In this document: positions 47,216 through 57,815 of the stretch, piece by piece | How positions within the stretch are numbered: position 1 is the stretch's first letter | How the letters are laid out: every line of letters starts with the position of its first letter | Source of the DNA: Nitrospiraceae bacterium | GTDB taxonomy: Bacteria > Nitrospirota > Nitrospiria > Nitrospirales > Nitrospiraceae | NCBI GenBank assembly: GCA_050246315.1 | Contig: JBFWWG010000011.1 | Span: 98,112 to 162,111, forward strand | Direction: 5' to 3' | DNA: 64,000 nt | Made by a program: the position numbers and the translations under genes | Notes under the pieces: generated by a model | Seen by the model: only the letters and a program-made list of their open reading frames with translations | The model's database searches: none | What the model was told of the DNA's origin: nothing

Positions 47216-49348
47216 ATGCCTGAACTCACGCAGGTGCGACTTGGCAAGAAAACTGAACCCCCGATCGTGCTCCGCAAGAGCGACGATCTTATTGCGGTCC
47301 GGACCCGGTCCACTCGATCCATCAGATCCGGAGCCGTTCGAACCCCTGAATCAGGAGAAGTGGCGGACGGACATCTCGTCTTTACGATTCCGGAAGCGGG
47401 CGTCGAAGTCTTTCGAGTTCCCCCCGGGCCTGGACGACGGTCGCTGGAAAACCGGAAGGATGCGCTCCGCGCGGCCTCCGATGTACGATTTGCCGGCGGC
47501 GTGATGGTGGATGAAAAATCCGGGGAGCCGGTGCTCTACACGGAAAACCTGTTCATCAAGTTTGTCGATGACCTGGACCCGGATGACTGTCGGGAGGTGA
47601 TCCGCGAGGCCGGCCTGACGATCAAGAAGGAGCTGACTTACGCCACGAACGCCTTTTTCGTCGGCGCGCCGGAAGGCACAGGGTCCGAGGTCTTTAATGT
47701 GGCCGCGACGCTCTTGAATCGAAGGGACGTGGAATATTGTCACCCGGAACTCGTGCGACCCAAAGGCCGGCGCGCCATTGCCGCCGAGCAATGGCATCTC
47801 AAGACGACCACGGTCAATGGCACTCAGGTCTCGGCGAGCGCCAACGTCGAGGCGGCCCATCAGATCACCATGGGGGAAGAATCCGTCATCGCGATCATCG
47901 ACGACGGGGTGGACATCGATCATCCGGAATTCGCCGGGTCGGGAAAGATCTTCGCCCCGCGCGATGCCACTCTCGGGATCGGAGATCCCAGGCCGAAGGA
48001 TGCGGCGTTCAAAGAAAATCACGGGACCGCCTGCGCGGGGGTGGCCTGTGCCGCGGGAGTCGAACGCGCCTCCGGGGTGGCCCCGAAAGCCAAGCTGATC
48101 CCCATCCGGCTGAATTCGGCGCTGGGTTCTCAGCAGGAGGCCGAGGCATTCGAGTGGGCGGCGAACAACGGCGCCGATGTGATTTCGTGCAGTTGGGGTC
48201 CGATGGACGGAGACTGGTGGAACCCGAACGATTCCGGCCACAACCAGAAGGTCCCTCTCCCGGCCAGCACCAAGTTGGCGATCGACTATGCGACAACCAA
48301 AGGGCGGAGTGGCAAAGGGTGCGTCGTGTTGTTTGCGGCAGGCAACGGGAACGAGAGCGTGGATCATGACGGGTATGCCAGTTACGAGCGGGTCATCGCG
48401 GTCGCGGCCTGCAACGACCGGGGGAAGCGCAGCGTGTACAGCGATTTTGGGAAGGCTGTCTGGTGCTCGTTCCCGAGCAGCGATATGGGCCATCCGCCGT
48501 TTCAGCATCCGGCGCCGCTCACCACGGGTATTTGGACGACTGATCGTGCAGGGTCGCCGGGCTATAATCCGGGTCAACCCGATGAAGGCGACCTCCGTGG
48601 CAACTACACGAACAGTTTCGGCGGCACGTCCAGCGCTTGCCCAGGCGCAGCGGGAGTCACCGCGCTGGTACTGTCGGTCAATCCTGATCTGAAATGGCAG
48701 GAGGTGCGGGAGATACTTAAGCAATCCTGCGACAAAATCGACCCACAGGGCGGCAATTACACGACGGAAGGATGGAGCCGGTTCTACGGGTATGGCCGTC
48801 TCAACGCCGAAACGGCCGTGAAACTCGCCAAGCCGTCGGAGCAGAGTCGGGTGCTCATCAGCCGCACGTTCAACGAGCCGGTGCCGGATCTCCAGGCGGT
48901 GACAGCCTTATTGGACGTGAATGACGATATCCCTGTGGAGAATCTGATCGTCCATCTCGACCTGGCGCATACGTATATTGGTGACTTGGTCATTACGCTG
49001 ATGCCGCCGATGGGTGTGACGCCGGCCAAAGTCGTCCTGCACAACCGATCAGGCGGCGCGGCGCAGAACCTCAAACGCACCTACGATATGCTGGATACCA
49101 CCGCCCTTGCGGCATGGAGAGGGAAGAGCCTCAAGGGAACCTGGATGCTCAAGATTGAGGACGCGGAGGCACGGGACGAGGGAACGTTGAAACAGTTCGG
49201 CCTTGAACTGGTCTTCGCGTCAGGCGGCCCGCGCGCGGAGGCCGCGCGGAACGCCGGTGCAATGCATGGCGGGCGGCGAGCGGCCAGTGGTCGTGGGGCG
49301 AAGACCGGCGGCCGGCGCGCGTCCTCACGGCCGACTCGGCAGTCATGA
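47216..49348 (+). CDS. S8 subtilisin/kexin-like serine protease with proprotein-convertase P domain
   Basis: IIDDG, HGTACAG, AAGNG, GGTSSAC triad motifs; HTYIGDLVITL...GTWMLKIED P domain; AGGAGG RBS. Confidence 0.93.
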   Translation: MPELTQVRLGKKTEPPIVLRKSDDLIAVRTRSTRSIRSGAVRTPESGEVADGHLVFTIPEAGVEVFRVPPGPGRRSLENRKDALRAASDVRFAGGVMVDEKSGEPVLYTENLFIKFVDDLDPDDCREVIREAGLTIKKELTYATNAFFVGAPEGTGSEVFNVAATLLNRRDVEYCHPELVRPKGRRAIAAEQWHLKTTTVNGTQVSASANVEAAHQITMGEESVIAIIDDGVDIDHPEFAGSGKIFAPRDATLGIGDPRPKDAAFKENHGTACAGVACAAGVERASGVAPKAKLIPIRLNSALGSQQEAEAFEWAANNGADVISCSWGPMDGDWWNPNDSGHNQKVPLPASTKLAIDYATTKGRSGKGCVVLFAAGNGNESVDHDGYASYERVIAVAACNDRGKRSVYSDFGKAVWCSFPSSDMGHPPFQHPAPLTTGIWTTDRAGSPGYNPGQPDEGDLRGNYTNSFGGTSSACPGAAGVTALVLSVNPDLKWQEVREILKQSCDKIDPQGGNYTTEGWSRFYGYGRLNAETAVKLAKPSEQSRVLISRTFNEPVPDLQAVTALLDVNDDIPVENLIVHLDLAHTYIGDLVITLMPPMGVTPAKVVLHNRSGGAAQNLKRTYDMLDTTALAAWRGKSLKGTWMLKIEDAEARDEGTLKQFGLELVFASGGPRAEAARNAGAMHGGRRAASGRGAKTGGRRASSRPTRQS

Positions 49349-49512
49349 GCGAGGGGCGAGCCTGCCCGCTTGGGGGCCGAAAACTCATTCCCAAGCTTGT
49401 CGCAGCCGGGGCACCCGTTGCTCCTGGATGGCAACGGGTCGCACGGCGGTTGCAGCAGCATTCATCGGTGAATAATGCGGACTCATAACAGTCGCTGTCT
49501 CGTTCGCCAAGA

Positions 49513-49649
49513 CTAGCAGGTTCGGAAAAACGCGATTTGTGTGCTTCGACAGGCTCAGCACGATCGGAAAACACCAGTCTCTTCAATGACTGCTCCGTTC
49601 GTCCTGAGGCTCTCGAAGGATGAACGGAGGGTTTTTCGCAGCCTGCTAG
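49513..49649. mobile_element. MITE-like element bounded by CTAG with imperfect terminal inverted repeats
   Basis: ctagcaggttcggaaaaac ... gtttttcgcagcctgctag; internal palindrome tccgttcgtcct...aggatgaacgga. Confidence 0.6.
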
Positions 49650-50041
49650 AGGCATACATCCTCGCCACCTTCCCTCCGATTACTCCGCAATGGATCACTC
49701 AAGACCTACCGTCCGACGACTGCGGCTGCAGCAATCAGCAGAACGTTGAAATTCCGTCACTCGTCATCCGTCGAACATAGAAGAGTACCACGTCTCGCTG
49801 GCCTGTATGCTTTGGCCTTGGTCGCTTGACGGGTAACGCGTGACGGCAGTTCGGATTGCCGAGAGCACCAAGACCGGCGGACGTGCTCGGCAGTCTGCGG
49901 GGTAGGTTTCAATACGTCAACTGTGGTAAGAGAGACCATCCCGCACCATTGGGCGAGTGCGCTCGGAAGAGTGACTCTTCATCGAGACGATGCCGTCATC
50001 ATGTGCGCTTCTCCTGGACTCCGTGTTGAGGGAGAGAGAAG

Positions 50042-51010
50042 ATGAGCCTCAAGTTAAGTTTGGACGATGATGCGACGCAACAGTGCCATGTCAATGGCGC
50101 GCGGCTCTCCCTCCGGGTTGTGGCGGCGCTCTTGACGCTCTGGATCGGCGGAGGTCCTTTAGGGTCCCAGGCTTCCGATCAGGGATCAGCCGCGTCTGCT
50201 TCGAAGGAACCGCCTGCCGCCTCGCATCAGAAGGATGGTCAGAAGGAAGGGCACAAAGAAGGCCCGAAGGAAAAAGAAAGCCAGAAGGAAGGGGAGGGGA
50301 AAGCTCCTGCCGGATCGGTGGAAAAACGCCCGGCCTCGGGAGAGGCATCGGCGCCTGTCGCAGCGCCATCTCAACCTGAGCCGTCGGAGGAGCCGGCTAA
50401 GAAAGCGCTGGGATCGGTCATTCTCACCGCCAAGCTGGCTTTGATGGGCGATCCACGGCTGTTCCCCTATGAGATCGAAGTCGAAATCGATGGTGCTCGG
50501 GCGGTGTTGTCCGGCAAGGTCGCAAGCGCCGAGGAGCAGTTGGCCGCAACCGAAGTGGTTCAGACAGTCCCTACCATTAAGGAAGTGGTGAATAAACTCG
50601 TGGCGACGCCCGATGTCAGGACGGCGCTGGGGAAGCAACGCGACGAATTGATCACACAGTATGTGAAGGATCGGTTCAGCCGGAGCGAGACTTTAAAGAC
50701 CGCGGGATTCGAGGTGGCCTGCCAAAACGGCGTCGTCCTGCTCAAGGGGGAAACTCGATTCCAGGTGATCGCGCTTGAGGCGGCCCAAGCCGCGAGACAG
50801 GTCCCGGGGGTGAAGGCCGTCAATACGGACGGGGTTCGTCTGGCCGGAACGGTCATCAAGGAAAAGGAGCCGGAAAAGGAGCCGCCGAAAGAGCCGGCAA
50901 AGGAGCCGACAAAAGAATCCGGGAAAGAATCCGGGAAGGAACCGCCGAAGGAAGCCTCGAAGGAATCAGCAAAGGAACCCAAGAAAGAGCCCGCGAAAGC
51001 GAAGGAATGA
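50042..51010 (+). CDS. BON domain (OsmY-like) protein with Lys/Glu/Pro-rich repeats
   Basis: Hydrophobic N-terminal segment; two BON domains (IEVEIDGARAVLSGKV; VACQNGVVLLKGE...VPGVKAVN); KEPxKE tail. Confidence 0.8.
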   Translation: MSLKLSLDDDATQQCHVNGARLSLRVVAALLTLWIGGGPLGSQASDQGSAASASKEPPAASHQKDGQKEGHKEGPKEKESQKEGEGKAPAGSVEKRPASGEASAPVAAPSQPEPSEEPAKKALGSVILTAKLALMGDPRLFPYEIEVEIDGARAVLSGKVASAEEQLAATEVVQTVPTIKEVVNKLVATPDVRTALGKQRDELITQYVKDRFSRSETLKTAGFEVACQNGVVLLKGETRFQVIALEAAQAARQVPGVKAVNTDGVRLAGTVIKEKEPEKEPPKEPAKEPTKESGKESGKEPPKEASKESAKEPKKEPAKAKE

Positions 51011-51065
51011 GACAAGAGAGAGAGCGGGCGGATACGGCAATGGATCATGGAGCCTACAGGTTCTG

Positions 51066-52358
51066 ATGCCGAATGGGTGGGCCAGAGCGGATAGCCCCTG
51101 GGTTGTCCCCCAGCCGACGGTGAGTGGCCGCCGCTGGTTGCTCTCTCGGGATTTTGCCTATGTCTGGTGGGGGCAGACAGTCTCGCAGGTCGGCGACGGC
51201 ATCTCCAAGCTCGCCCTCCTCTGGTTTGTCTATGCGGTGACCGGCTCCCCGCTCAAGACGACCGTGATCGGGCTGTTGCAGACGATCCCCCCGATCGTCC
51301 TGGGACCATTGATCGGTGTGGCCGTGGACCGGCTTCCGAAGAAGCCGTTGCTGATTGTGTCCGATATCAGCCGTGCGATTCTGATCGGGCTGATCCCCTG
51401 TTGGATGTCGGTGGAAAGCTTCACGGTCGAGCGGCTGTATCTGCTCGTATTTCTCCATGCCGTGGCGACGGCGTTGTTCGGTCCGGCCTTAACGGCGACG
51501 ATTCCGTCGATTGTCGCTCCGGCGCAATATACGGCTGCGAACGCACTGCTCCAGAGCACCACCAGCCTCGGCGTGCTCATGGGGCCCGCCTTGAGCGGAC
51601 TCGGCATCGCGGCGCTCAGCTCGCAGGATGTGCTCTGTCTGAATGCCGTCACCTACCTGGTCTCGGCTCTCTTCTTTCTACGGATTCGGGTCGCGCCTCC
51701 GGCAGCGACCGGCACAAGCGGGGGTGTGGTGCGTTCGACGCTGACCGACCTGGTGGAGGGGATTCGATTTGCTCTGTTCCGGCAGCCGACCATCCTCTTT
51801 TTGACCTTGACGGCGTCGCTCTACACGTTTGCCACAAGCGCCTTTACGACGTTGTTTCCGGTCTTCGGCCGCAAGTTACTCGATTTGGGGCCGGTCGAGG
51901 TCGGGTATCTCTGGTCGGCGCTCGGAGCCGGTCTGTTGGCTGTGTCGATCGCCTTGATCTGGATCAGCGAATGGGGTCTCGGACGGAGGATTCGGGTGAT
52001 CACCACGGCGAGCGCTATCAGCGGGGCCGCGCTTCTGGCGCTGTCGTGGGCTTCCAACAGTTATGTGGCCGGGGCGTTGATGTGTGTGATTGGCGGAGGA
52101 CTCGGCACCCTGACCCCGATTGCCTGGGGGGTTTTGCAGGAACTCTCTCCTCCCTCCATGGTCGGTCGCGCGTTGGCCGTCTATTCGACCGGCGCCATGA
52201 CTGCTGCGATCGGTGGACTGACGTTTTTCGGATGGGTGACCGGCGAATTCGGCGAGTCGATCAGCCTGATCGGGATCGGCCTTGCGCTCTTTGCCACTGC
52301 CGTTGTTGCCGCCACGTTTTCCCGATGGGTGGGGAGTGATGTCGCCGCGCGAATCTAA
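51066..52358 (+). CDS. MFS transporter (DHA3/macrolide-efflux-like)
   Basis: GQTVSQVGD, GVAVDRLPKK motif A; ~12 hydrophobic segments. Confidence 0.9.
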   Translation: MPNGWARADSPWVVPQPTVSGRRWLLSRDFAYVWWGQTVSQVGDGISKLALLWFVYAVTGSPLKTTVIGLLQTIPPIVLGPLIGVAVDRLPKKPLLIVSDISRAILIGLIPCWMSVESFTVERLYLLVFLHAVATALFGPALTATIPSIVAPAQYTAANALLQSTTSLGVLMGPALSGLGIAALSSQDVLCLNAVTYLVSALFFLRIRVAPPAATGTSGGVVRSTLTDLVEGIRFALFRQPTILFLTLTASLYTFATSAFTTLFPVFGRKLLDLGPVEVGYLWSALGAGLLAVSIALIWISEWGLGRRIRVITTASAISGAALLALSWASNSYVAGALMCVIGGGLGTLTPIAWGVLQELSPPSMVGRALAVYSTGAMTAAIGGLTFFGWVTGEFGESISLIGIGLALFATAVVAATFSRWVGSDVAARI

Positions 52359-52449
52359 CAGAGGCCGGCGCACGGGGTCGGGAAGAAGGGGCGTGCCGGC
52401 CCCCAACGGTGGCCGCAAGCATCGGTCTCAGGACCGGAGAGGACGTCCC

Positions 52450-54615
52450 GTGGATTCGATCATCCGGGTCAAGGATCAGTTTTACATTCATGCCGATTCG
52501 TCGCTCGTCGACAATCGGACGCACGTGCTCAAACAGGGAGACTCCTTCGCGGTGTTCGACCGATACGGCGACATCAAGCCGGTCGGGATGTTTTCACACG
52601 GCCTCTACCATGCCGGCACCAGGCACCTGTCCCGCCTGGAAGTCTTCGTGGGAGGCGCCCGCCCGATTTTGCTGAGCTCGGCAGTAGGAGAGGACAACAT
52701 CGTGCTCACGGTGGACCTCACGAACTCCGACCTGGATCATGACGAGCAGGCCAGGGCGCGCCGGGGCACCTTCCATCTGTTCCGGTCGGCTTTTTTGTGG
52801 GGAGGCGGGTGTTATGAACAGTTTCGCCTGGTGAACTACGGCGTCGATCCGGCGCAGATCTCGCTCTCCGTCAAATTCGACGCAGATTTTGTCGACATCT
52901 TCGAGGTGCGCGGCGTGCGGCGGCGCCGCAGAGGCAAACGGCTGCGCTCGATCGTCAAGTCCGACCTCGTGCAGTTGCTCTATCAAGGTCTGGACGGGAT
53001 CGTCCGGCGCACCAGCTTGCACTGGCACCCCACTCCGCAGGTCCTATCCGAGTCGGAAGCCCGCTTCGATCTTGCGTTGAAACCGAAGGAGGAGGTTTCG
53101 CTGACGCTGGCGGTCCGCTGCGAGCAGGCTGAGCAGAAGGTAAGCGTGATACGCTATCACCAGGCGTGGGAGCAGGCGAAGCATGACCTGACCAGCCGGA
53201 TGGGCGAGGATTGCGAGATCGTGACGTCTCACGATCGCTTCAACGAATGGCTCGACCGGTCCCGGCGCGATCTCCATATGATGATCTCGGAGACCCCGCA
53301 TGGTCCCTATCCCTATGCCGGCGTGCCGTGGTTCAGCGCTCCCTTCGGGCGGGACGGCATCATCACCGCGCTGGAGTATCTCTGGGTGAATCCCTCTATC
53401 GCCAAAGGAGTCCTCGGCTATCTGGCCGCGTCTCAAGCCAAGGAGCGAGTGCCGGAGCAGGATGCGGAGCCCGGTAAGATCCTGCACGAAAGCCGCAAGG
53501 GCGAGATGGCCGCCCTCGGCGAGGTGCCGTTCGGTTCCTACTATGGCAGCGTAGACTCGACGCCGCTATTTATCATGCTGGCGGGCGCCTATTACGAACG
53601 GACCGGCGATCGAAGCTTCATCGAGGCACTCTGGCCGAATCTCGACGCGGCGATGCGGTGGATCGATACCTACGGCGATGCGGACCGGGATGGATTTGTC
53701 GAGTATGCCAGGCGTTCGTCGCGTGGACTCGTTCAGCAAGGATGGAAGGACTCATACGATGCCGTGTTTCACGAAGACGGCAAGATGGCCGAGGCGCCGA
53801 TCGCGCTTTGTGAGGTGCAGGGCTATGTCTATGCGGCGAAGCGCAGCGCGGCGGCCTGTGCAGCCGCATTGGGAAAAAAGGAGGCCGTGTTTACGTTCCT
53901 TCGTCAAGCCGAGGTGTTGAAACAGCGATTTCATCAGGCGTTTTGGTCCGATCACCTCTCCGGCTACGCGCTCGCGCTCGATGGCGAGAAGCGCCCTTGC
54001 CTGGTCAAGACATCCAATCCCGGGCATTGCCTCTTTACCGAAATCGCAGGGACATCCTATGCCGAGCGGCTAGCGCAATCGTTAATTGAAAAAGAATTGT
54101 TTTCCGGATGGGGGGTCCGAACGGTGGCGGCGGACCAGGCGCGATACAGCCCGATGTCCTACCACAATGGATCGGTCTGGCCCCATGATAATGCGATCAT
54201 TGCCATGGGACTGGCCCGCTACGGACACACCGACGCGGCTGTGAAGATTCTGCGGGCTCTGTTCGACGCCTCTCAATACTTCGATCTGCATCGACTGCCC
54301 GAGTTGTTTTGCGGGTTCGGACGCCGGCCCGGCCAAGGTCCAAGCCTGTATCCGGTGGCCTGTTCGCCGCAAGCCTGGAGCGCAGCCTCGGTGTTCATGT
54401 TGCTGGCCGCCTGTTTGGGGCTCACGGTGCGGGCGACGGAGAATCGGATTCTGTTTCATCGTCCGTTGTTGCCGGAATTTTTGCGCGAAGTGCACCTTCG
54501 CCATCTTCGTGTCGGCGCCATGTCCGTGGATCTCGTTCTAACGGGAGCTAAGGATACGGTTCGAGTGGAGGCCTTGCGGAATGAAGGTGGAGTGGACATC
54601 GTGATCGGGAAGTAA
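52450..54615 (+). CDS. Amylo-alpha-1,6-glucosidase / glycogen debranching enzyme-like protein
   Basis: GGAGAGG RBS + GTG; AGVPWFSAPFGRD, EPGKILHE, YYGSVDSTPLF, QGWKDS, YHNGSVWPHDN, RLPELFCG. Confidence 0.92.
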   Translation: MDSIIRVKDQFYIHADSSLVDNRTHVLKQGDSFAVFDRYGDIKPVGMFSHGLYHAGTRHLSRLEVFVGGARPILLSSAVGEDNIVLTVDLTNSDLDHDEQARARRGTFHLFRSAFLWGGGCYEQFRLVNYGVDPAQISLSVKFDADFVDIFEVRGVRRRRRGKRLRSIVKSDLVQLLYQGLDGIVRRTSLHWHPTPQVLSESEARFDLALKPKEEVSLTLAVRCEQAEQKVSVIRYHQAWEQAKHDLTSRMGEDCEIVTSHDRFNEWLDRSRRDLHMMISETPHGPYPYAGVPWFSAPFGRDGIITALEYLWVNPSIAKGVLGYLAASQAKERVPEQDAEPGKILHESRKGEMAALGEVPFGSYYGSVDSTPLFIMLAGAYYERTGDRSFIEALWPNLDAAMRWIDTYGDADRDGFVEYARRSSRGLVQQGWKDSYDAVFHEDGKMAEAPIALCEVQGYVYAAKRSAAACAAALGKKEAVFTFLRQAEVLKQRFHQAFWSDHLSGYALALDGEKRPCLVKTSNPGHCLFTEIAGTSYAERLAQSLIEKELFSGWGVRTVAADQARYSPMSYHNGSVWPHDNAIIAMGLARYGHTDAAVKILRALFDASQYFDLHRLPELFCGFGRRPGQGPSLYPVACSPQAWSAASVFMLLAACLGLTVRATENRILFHRPLLPEFLREVHLRHLRVGAMSVDLVLTGAKDTVRVEALRNEGGVDIVIGK

Positions 54616-55347
54616 CCACGGTGTCTTGAGTCGCAGGACCTCTGAGCGCGTTCTTCCTCCCGCCAACGGGCACTCTCTCTCACTCACCCAAGAAAAAAGT
54701 ACGACTCGATCGGACGGAAGATCATAATTGGAGTGTTTGCTTGTTCCTATGGTCGACTCAGAATGTCGCGGGCGGTTCTCGATGGTGGATATGTATAACA
54801 CGTTGAAATATTTGAATGTTATCATGATATTATCCAGGTCGGTCTCGTTAGTTTCCTCACCTGTATGAAAAACCATCCACTGTGACGAGTCTTCCATTCA
54901 GTTGATTTTCTTCCTTACAGGACAATGATTTTGTCCATTGTGCGGAACCGTGGTGCGTCGTAAGGTGGCGCTGCACAGTGTATTTGCCGACGCTCTCCCC
55001 AGGACTGATCGACAAACTCCCGATTCGGTTGAGCGGTAATTCAGAGACGGCTGGTCGAAGGAAAATTCAGGGGCTCCCGGGCGAGAGGAAGTCTAACTTC
55101 ATGTCGTTCAACGAAATATGTGATGAGATCGCAAAACGGTACGACTCATGCATGGCAGGAACGACCCGACAAGGTTGGGAGCCATATCGATATCAGTGTA
55201 AACGTAGTCGAGTGAATGGAGTCGCAGAGGGGTGAGTCCGGAGAACCAGTCGAGCGGCATGAGTCGTAACAGCCTACCGACCCCGCATCTTGTGGACCGC
55301 CAGGCCAATCGCGCATCATCTAGCCTATCGAGGAGGACAACCGAATC

Positions 55348-56439
55348 ATGAGAATCGCGCAAGTCGCACCACTGTGGGAGAGCGTTCCGCCGCAACGGTA
55401 TGGAGGGACCGAACGGATCGTCTCCTATATCACGGAAGAATTGGTTCGCCAGGGACACGATGTCACTCTCTTTGCCAGCGGAGATTCCGTGACCGAAGCA
55501 CGGTTGGAATCGATCTGTCCGCAAGCCCTTCGATTGAACAGCGGGATCTTCAATCGGGACGCTCCGATGATGATGTTGCTGGAACGGGGGTTCGGTGCCC
55601 CCGCCGGAACGTTTGATCTCATTCACTCGCACGTAGACTTCCTCGGTTTCCCTGTGGCTCGGCGAAGCGCCACACCGGTCTTGACCACCTTGCATGGGCG
55701 TCAGGATCTTCCGGAACTCGTTCCGGTTTTTCGTGAATTCTTCGACATGCCGTTGATCTCGATTTCGGACGCACAGCGGCGACCGTTGCCCTGGGCCAAC
55801 TGGCATGCGACCGTCCATCACGGCTTGCCGGAGGACCTGTATTCCTACCATCCGACTCCCGGAAAGTACCTGGCCTTCTTAGGGCGTATTTCTCCTGAAA
55901 AGTGCCCGGAACAGGCGATCGAAGTGGCCAAGCGTGTCGGCATTCCCATCCGGATCGCCGCCAAGGTTGATCCCGCCGATCGAGACTTCTTCAAGGCCAA
56001 GGTGGAACCGCTCATGGATCACCCGTTGGTGGAGTTCTTGGGGGAAATCACAGACGAAGAAAAGAACCAGTTCATCGGCGAAGCCTACGCACTGGTCTGC
56101 CCGTATGACTGGCCGGAGCCGTTTGGGCTCGTGCTGATCGAGGCCCTGGCCTGCGGCACGCCGGTGCTGGCCTATCGTCGCGGCTCGATTCCGGAAATCA
56201 TCGAGGACGGCGTAACCGGGTTCATCTCCGAGAACATCGGGGGGATGATCGCGTCCGTGGCTGGGCTTGCTTCGATCGATCGGGCCCGTTGTCGGGCCGC
56301 GTTCGATCAGCGGTTTACCGCGCGACGTATGGCGCAGGATTACGTCAGGTGTTATGAGCGATTGATCGAGGCCAAATATGGGGCCGAGGAGATGCCATCA
56401 ACCAACGGCCGGCATTCAGTGTCACTGGTGGGGAGTTAA
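55348..56439 (+). CDS. Glycosyltransferase family 4
   Basis: MRIAQVAPLWESVPPQRYGGTER, FLGRISPEK, EPFGLVLIEALACGTPV. Confidence 0.95.
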   Translation: MRIAQVAPLWESVPPQRYGGTERIVSYITEELVRQGHDVTLFASGDSVTEARLESICPQALRLNSGIFNRDAPMMMLLERGFGAPAGTFDLIHSHVDFLGFPVARRSATPVLTTLHGRQDLPELVPVFREFFDMPLISISDAQRRPLPWANWHATVHHGLPEDLYSYHPTPGKYLAFLGRISPEKCPEQAIEVAKRVGIPIRIAAKVDPADRDFFKAKVEPLMDHPLVEFLGEITDEEKNQFIGEAYALVCPYDWPEPFGLVLIEALACGTPVLAYRRGSIPEIIEDGVTGFISENIGGMIASVAGLASIDRARCRAAFDQRFTARRMAQDYVRCYERLIEAKYGAEEMPSTNGRHSVSLVGS

Positions 56440-57792
56440 ATGGCGACTGAGACGCGCGCGAGGAACGACAAGATGAATCAAGAGTCGTCAGAGGCCGTTC
56501 AGCAGGTTGCCGAGGCGGAGCCTGCGCCCAACGGCGGCGGTTGGCTGCTACTCCGTACGCGGGACTTTGGATTGCTCTTCTGGGGGCAGCTCACATCGCA
56601 AATCGGAGACAGCCTCAGCAAGGTGGCGTTGCTGTGGTTTGTCTATCAGATGACGGGATCGGCGTTGAAGATGGCCATCATCGGCCTCTTGCAGACCGTG
56701 CCGCCGCTTGTGCTCGGTCCCGTGATGGGTGTCTATCTGGATCGCTTGCCGACCAAATCGACGATGATCGTGGTCGATCTGCTTCGAGCCTTCCTGGTGA
56801 TGTTGATTCCCGGGCTCTACGCTCTAGACCTACTGACTCTGGAGCGGTTGTATGTCCTGGTGTTCTGCGTGGCGGTCGTGTCGATGATCTTTGGTCCCGC
56901 CTTGGCTTCGGCGGTACCCCAGATTGTCCGGCGGGAACAACTCACAAGCGCCAATGCCCTGCTTCAAGGGACGGCCAACATCGGCGTCTTGATTGGACCG
57001 GCGATCAGCGGGCTCGGGATCGTCCTCATCGGCGCACAGAACGTGCTCTATGTGGACGCCGCCACTTTCTTTATCTCCGCCCTCTGTCTGATGCCGATCC
57101 GCGTACGAGCTCGCGCGGCCGTTGATGCGGTCTTGGAGGCGAAACGGTCCTTCCGGGAAGACCTGATGGTCGGATTCCGATTCGTGTTCATTCAACATCG
57201 GACCATCACGGCCCTGATGCTGACGGCGACGCTGTACAGCCTGGGCGTCAGCGCCTTCGTCTTCATGCTGCCGGTATTTGCCGAGCAGACGTTGAACCTG
57301 GGGCCGTTGGAACTGGGTTGGCTCTGGTCTTCGCTGGGGATCGGCATGTTGGCGGGCTCGGCCTGGTTGGCTTCGAGAAAGCACCAGGCAACCACCAACG
57401 GATTCAAGGTGATTTCAAGCTCGATGACCGTGGGAGGGGTGGCCGTGTGTGGCTTGAGCATGCTGCCGACTCCGCTCGTGGCGACGGGCCTGATCGTGAT
57501 CATTGGAGGCAGTACCGCACTGTTCATGCCGATCGTGTGGGGTGTTCTACAGGAGTTGACGCCGGAACCGCTCTTGGGCCGCGTGTTCACGACCTTCAGT
57601 ACGGGGGGCATGGCCTCGGCGATGGCGGGAATGGCGGGGTTTGGATGGGCAGCCGATACCATGGGACCCGGCATCTGCCTGGTTGGCATCGGACTGGTGT
57701 TGCTGGTGACCGCCTGCGTGGCAGCCGGGTGCAGCCGGGTTCATTATCCTGCCGGTATGCAGAAGCAGATGGACGAGCCTCTTGCAGCGTAA
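56440..57792 (+). CDS. MFS transporter, paralog of 51066..52358
   Basis: RDFGLLFWGQLTSQIGDSLSKVALLWFVY, GVYLDRLP. Confidence 0.9.
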   Translation: MATETRARNDKMNQESSEAVQQVAEAEPAPNGGGWLLLRTRDFGLLFWGQLTSQIGDSLSKVALLWFVYQMTGSALKMAIIGLLQTVPPLVLGPVMGVYLDRLPTKSTMIVVDLLRAFLVMLIPGLYALDLLTLERLYVLVFCVAVVSMIFGPALASAVPQIVRREQLTSANALLQGTANIGVLIGPAISGLGIVLIGAQNVLYVDAATFFISALCLMPIRVRARAAVDAVLEAKRSFREDLMVGFRFVFIQHRTITALMLTATLYSLGVSAFVFMLPVFAEQTLNLGPLELGWLWSSLGIGMLAGSAWLASRKHQATTNGFKVISSSMTVGGVAVCGLSMLPTPLVATGLIVIIGGSTALFMPIVWGVLQELTPEPLLGRVFTTFSTGGMASAMAGMAGFGWAADTMGPGICLVGIGLVLLVTACVAAGCSRVHYPAGMQKQMDEPLAA

Positions 57793-57815
57793 GCAGGGGT
57801 GTTCGTCCTGAATCG

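Noticed and set aside
50856..51007. KEPxKE repeats as the ATP-grasp precursor
   Set aside because: They lie ~15 kb away on an exported BON protein and are more likely a simple low-complexity linker.
54812..54825. FNR-like box TTGAATGTTATCAT in an AT-rich intergenic region
   Set aside because: Two mismatches, AT-rich background, and >500 bp from the next start codon.
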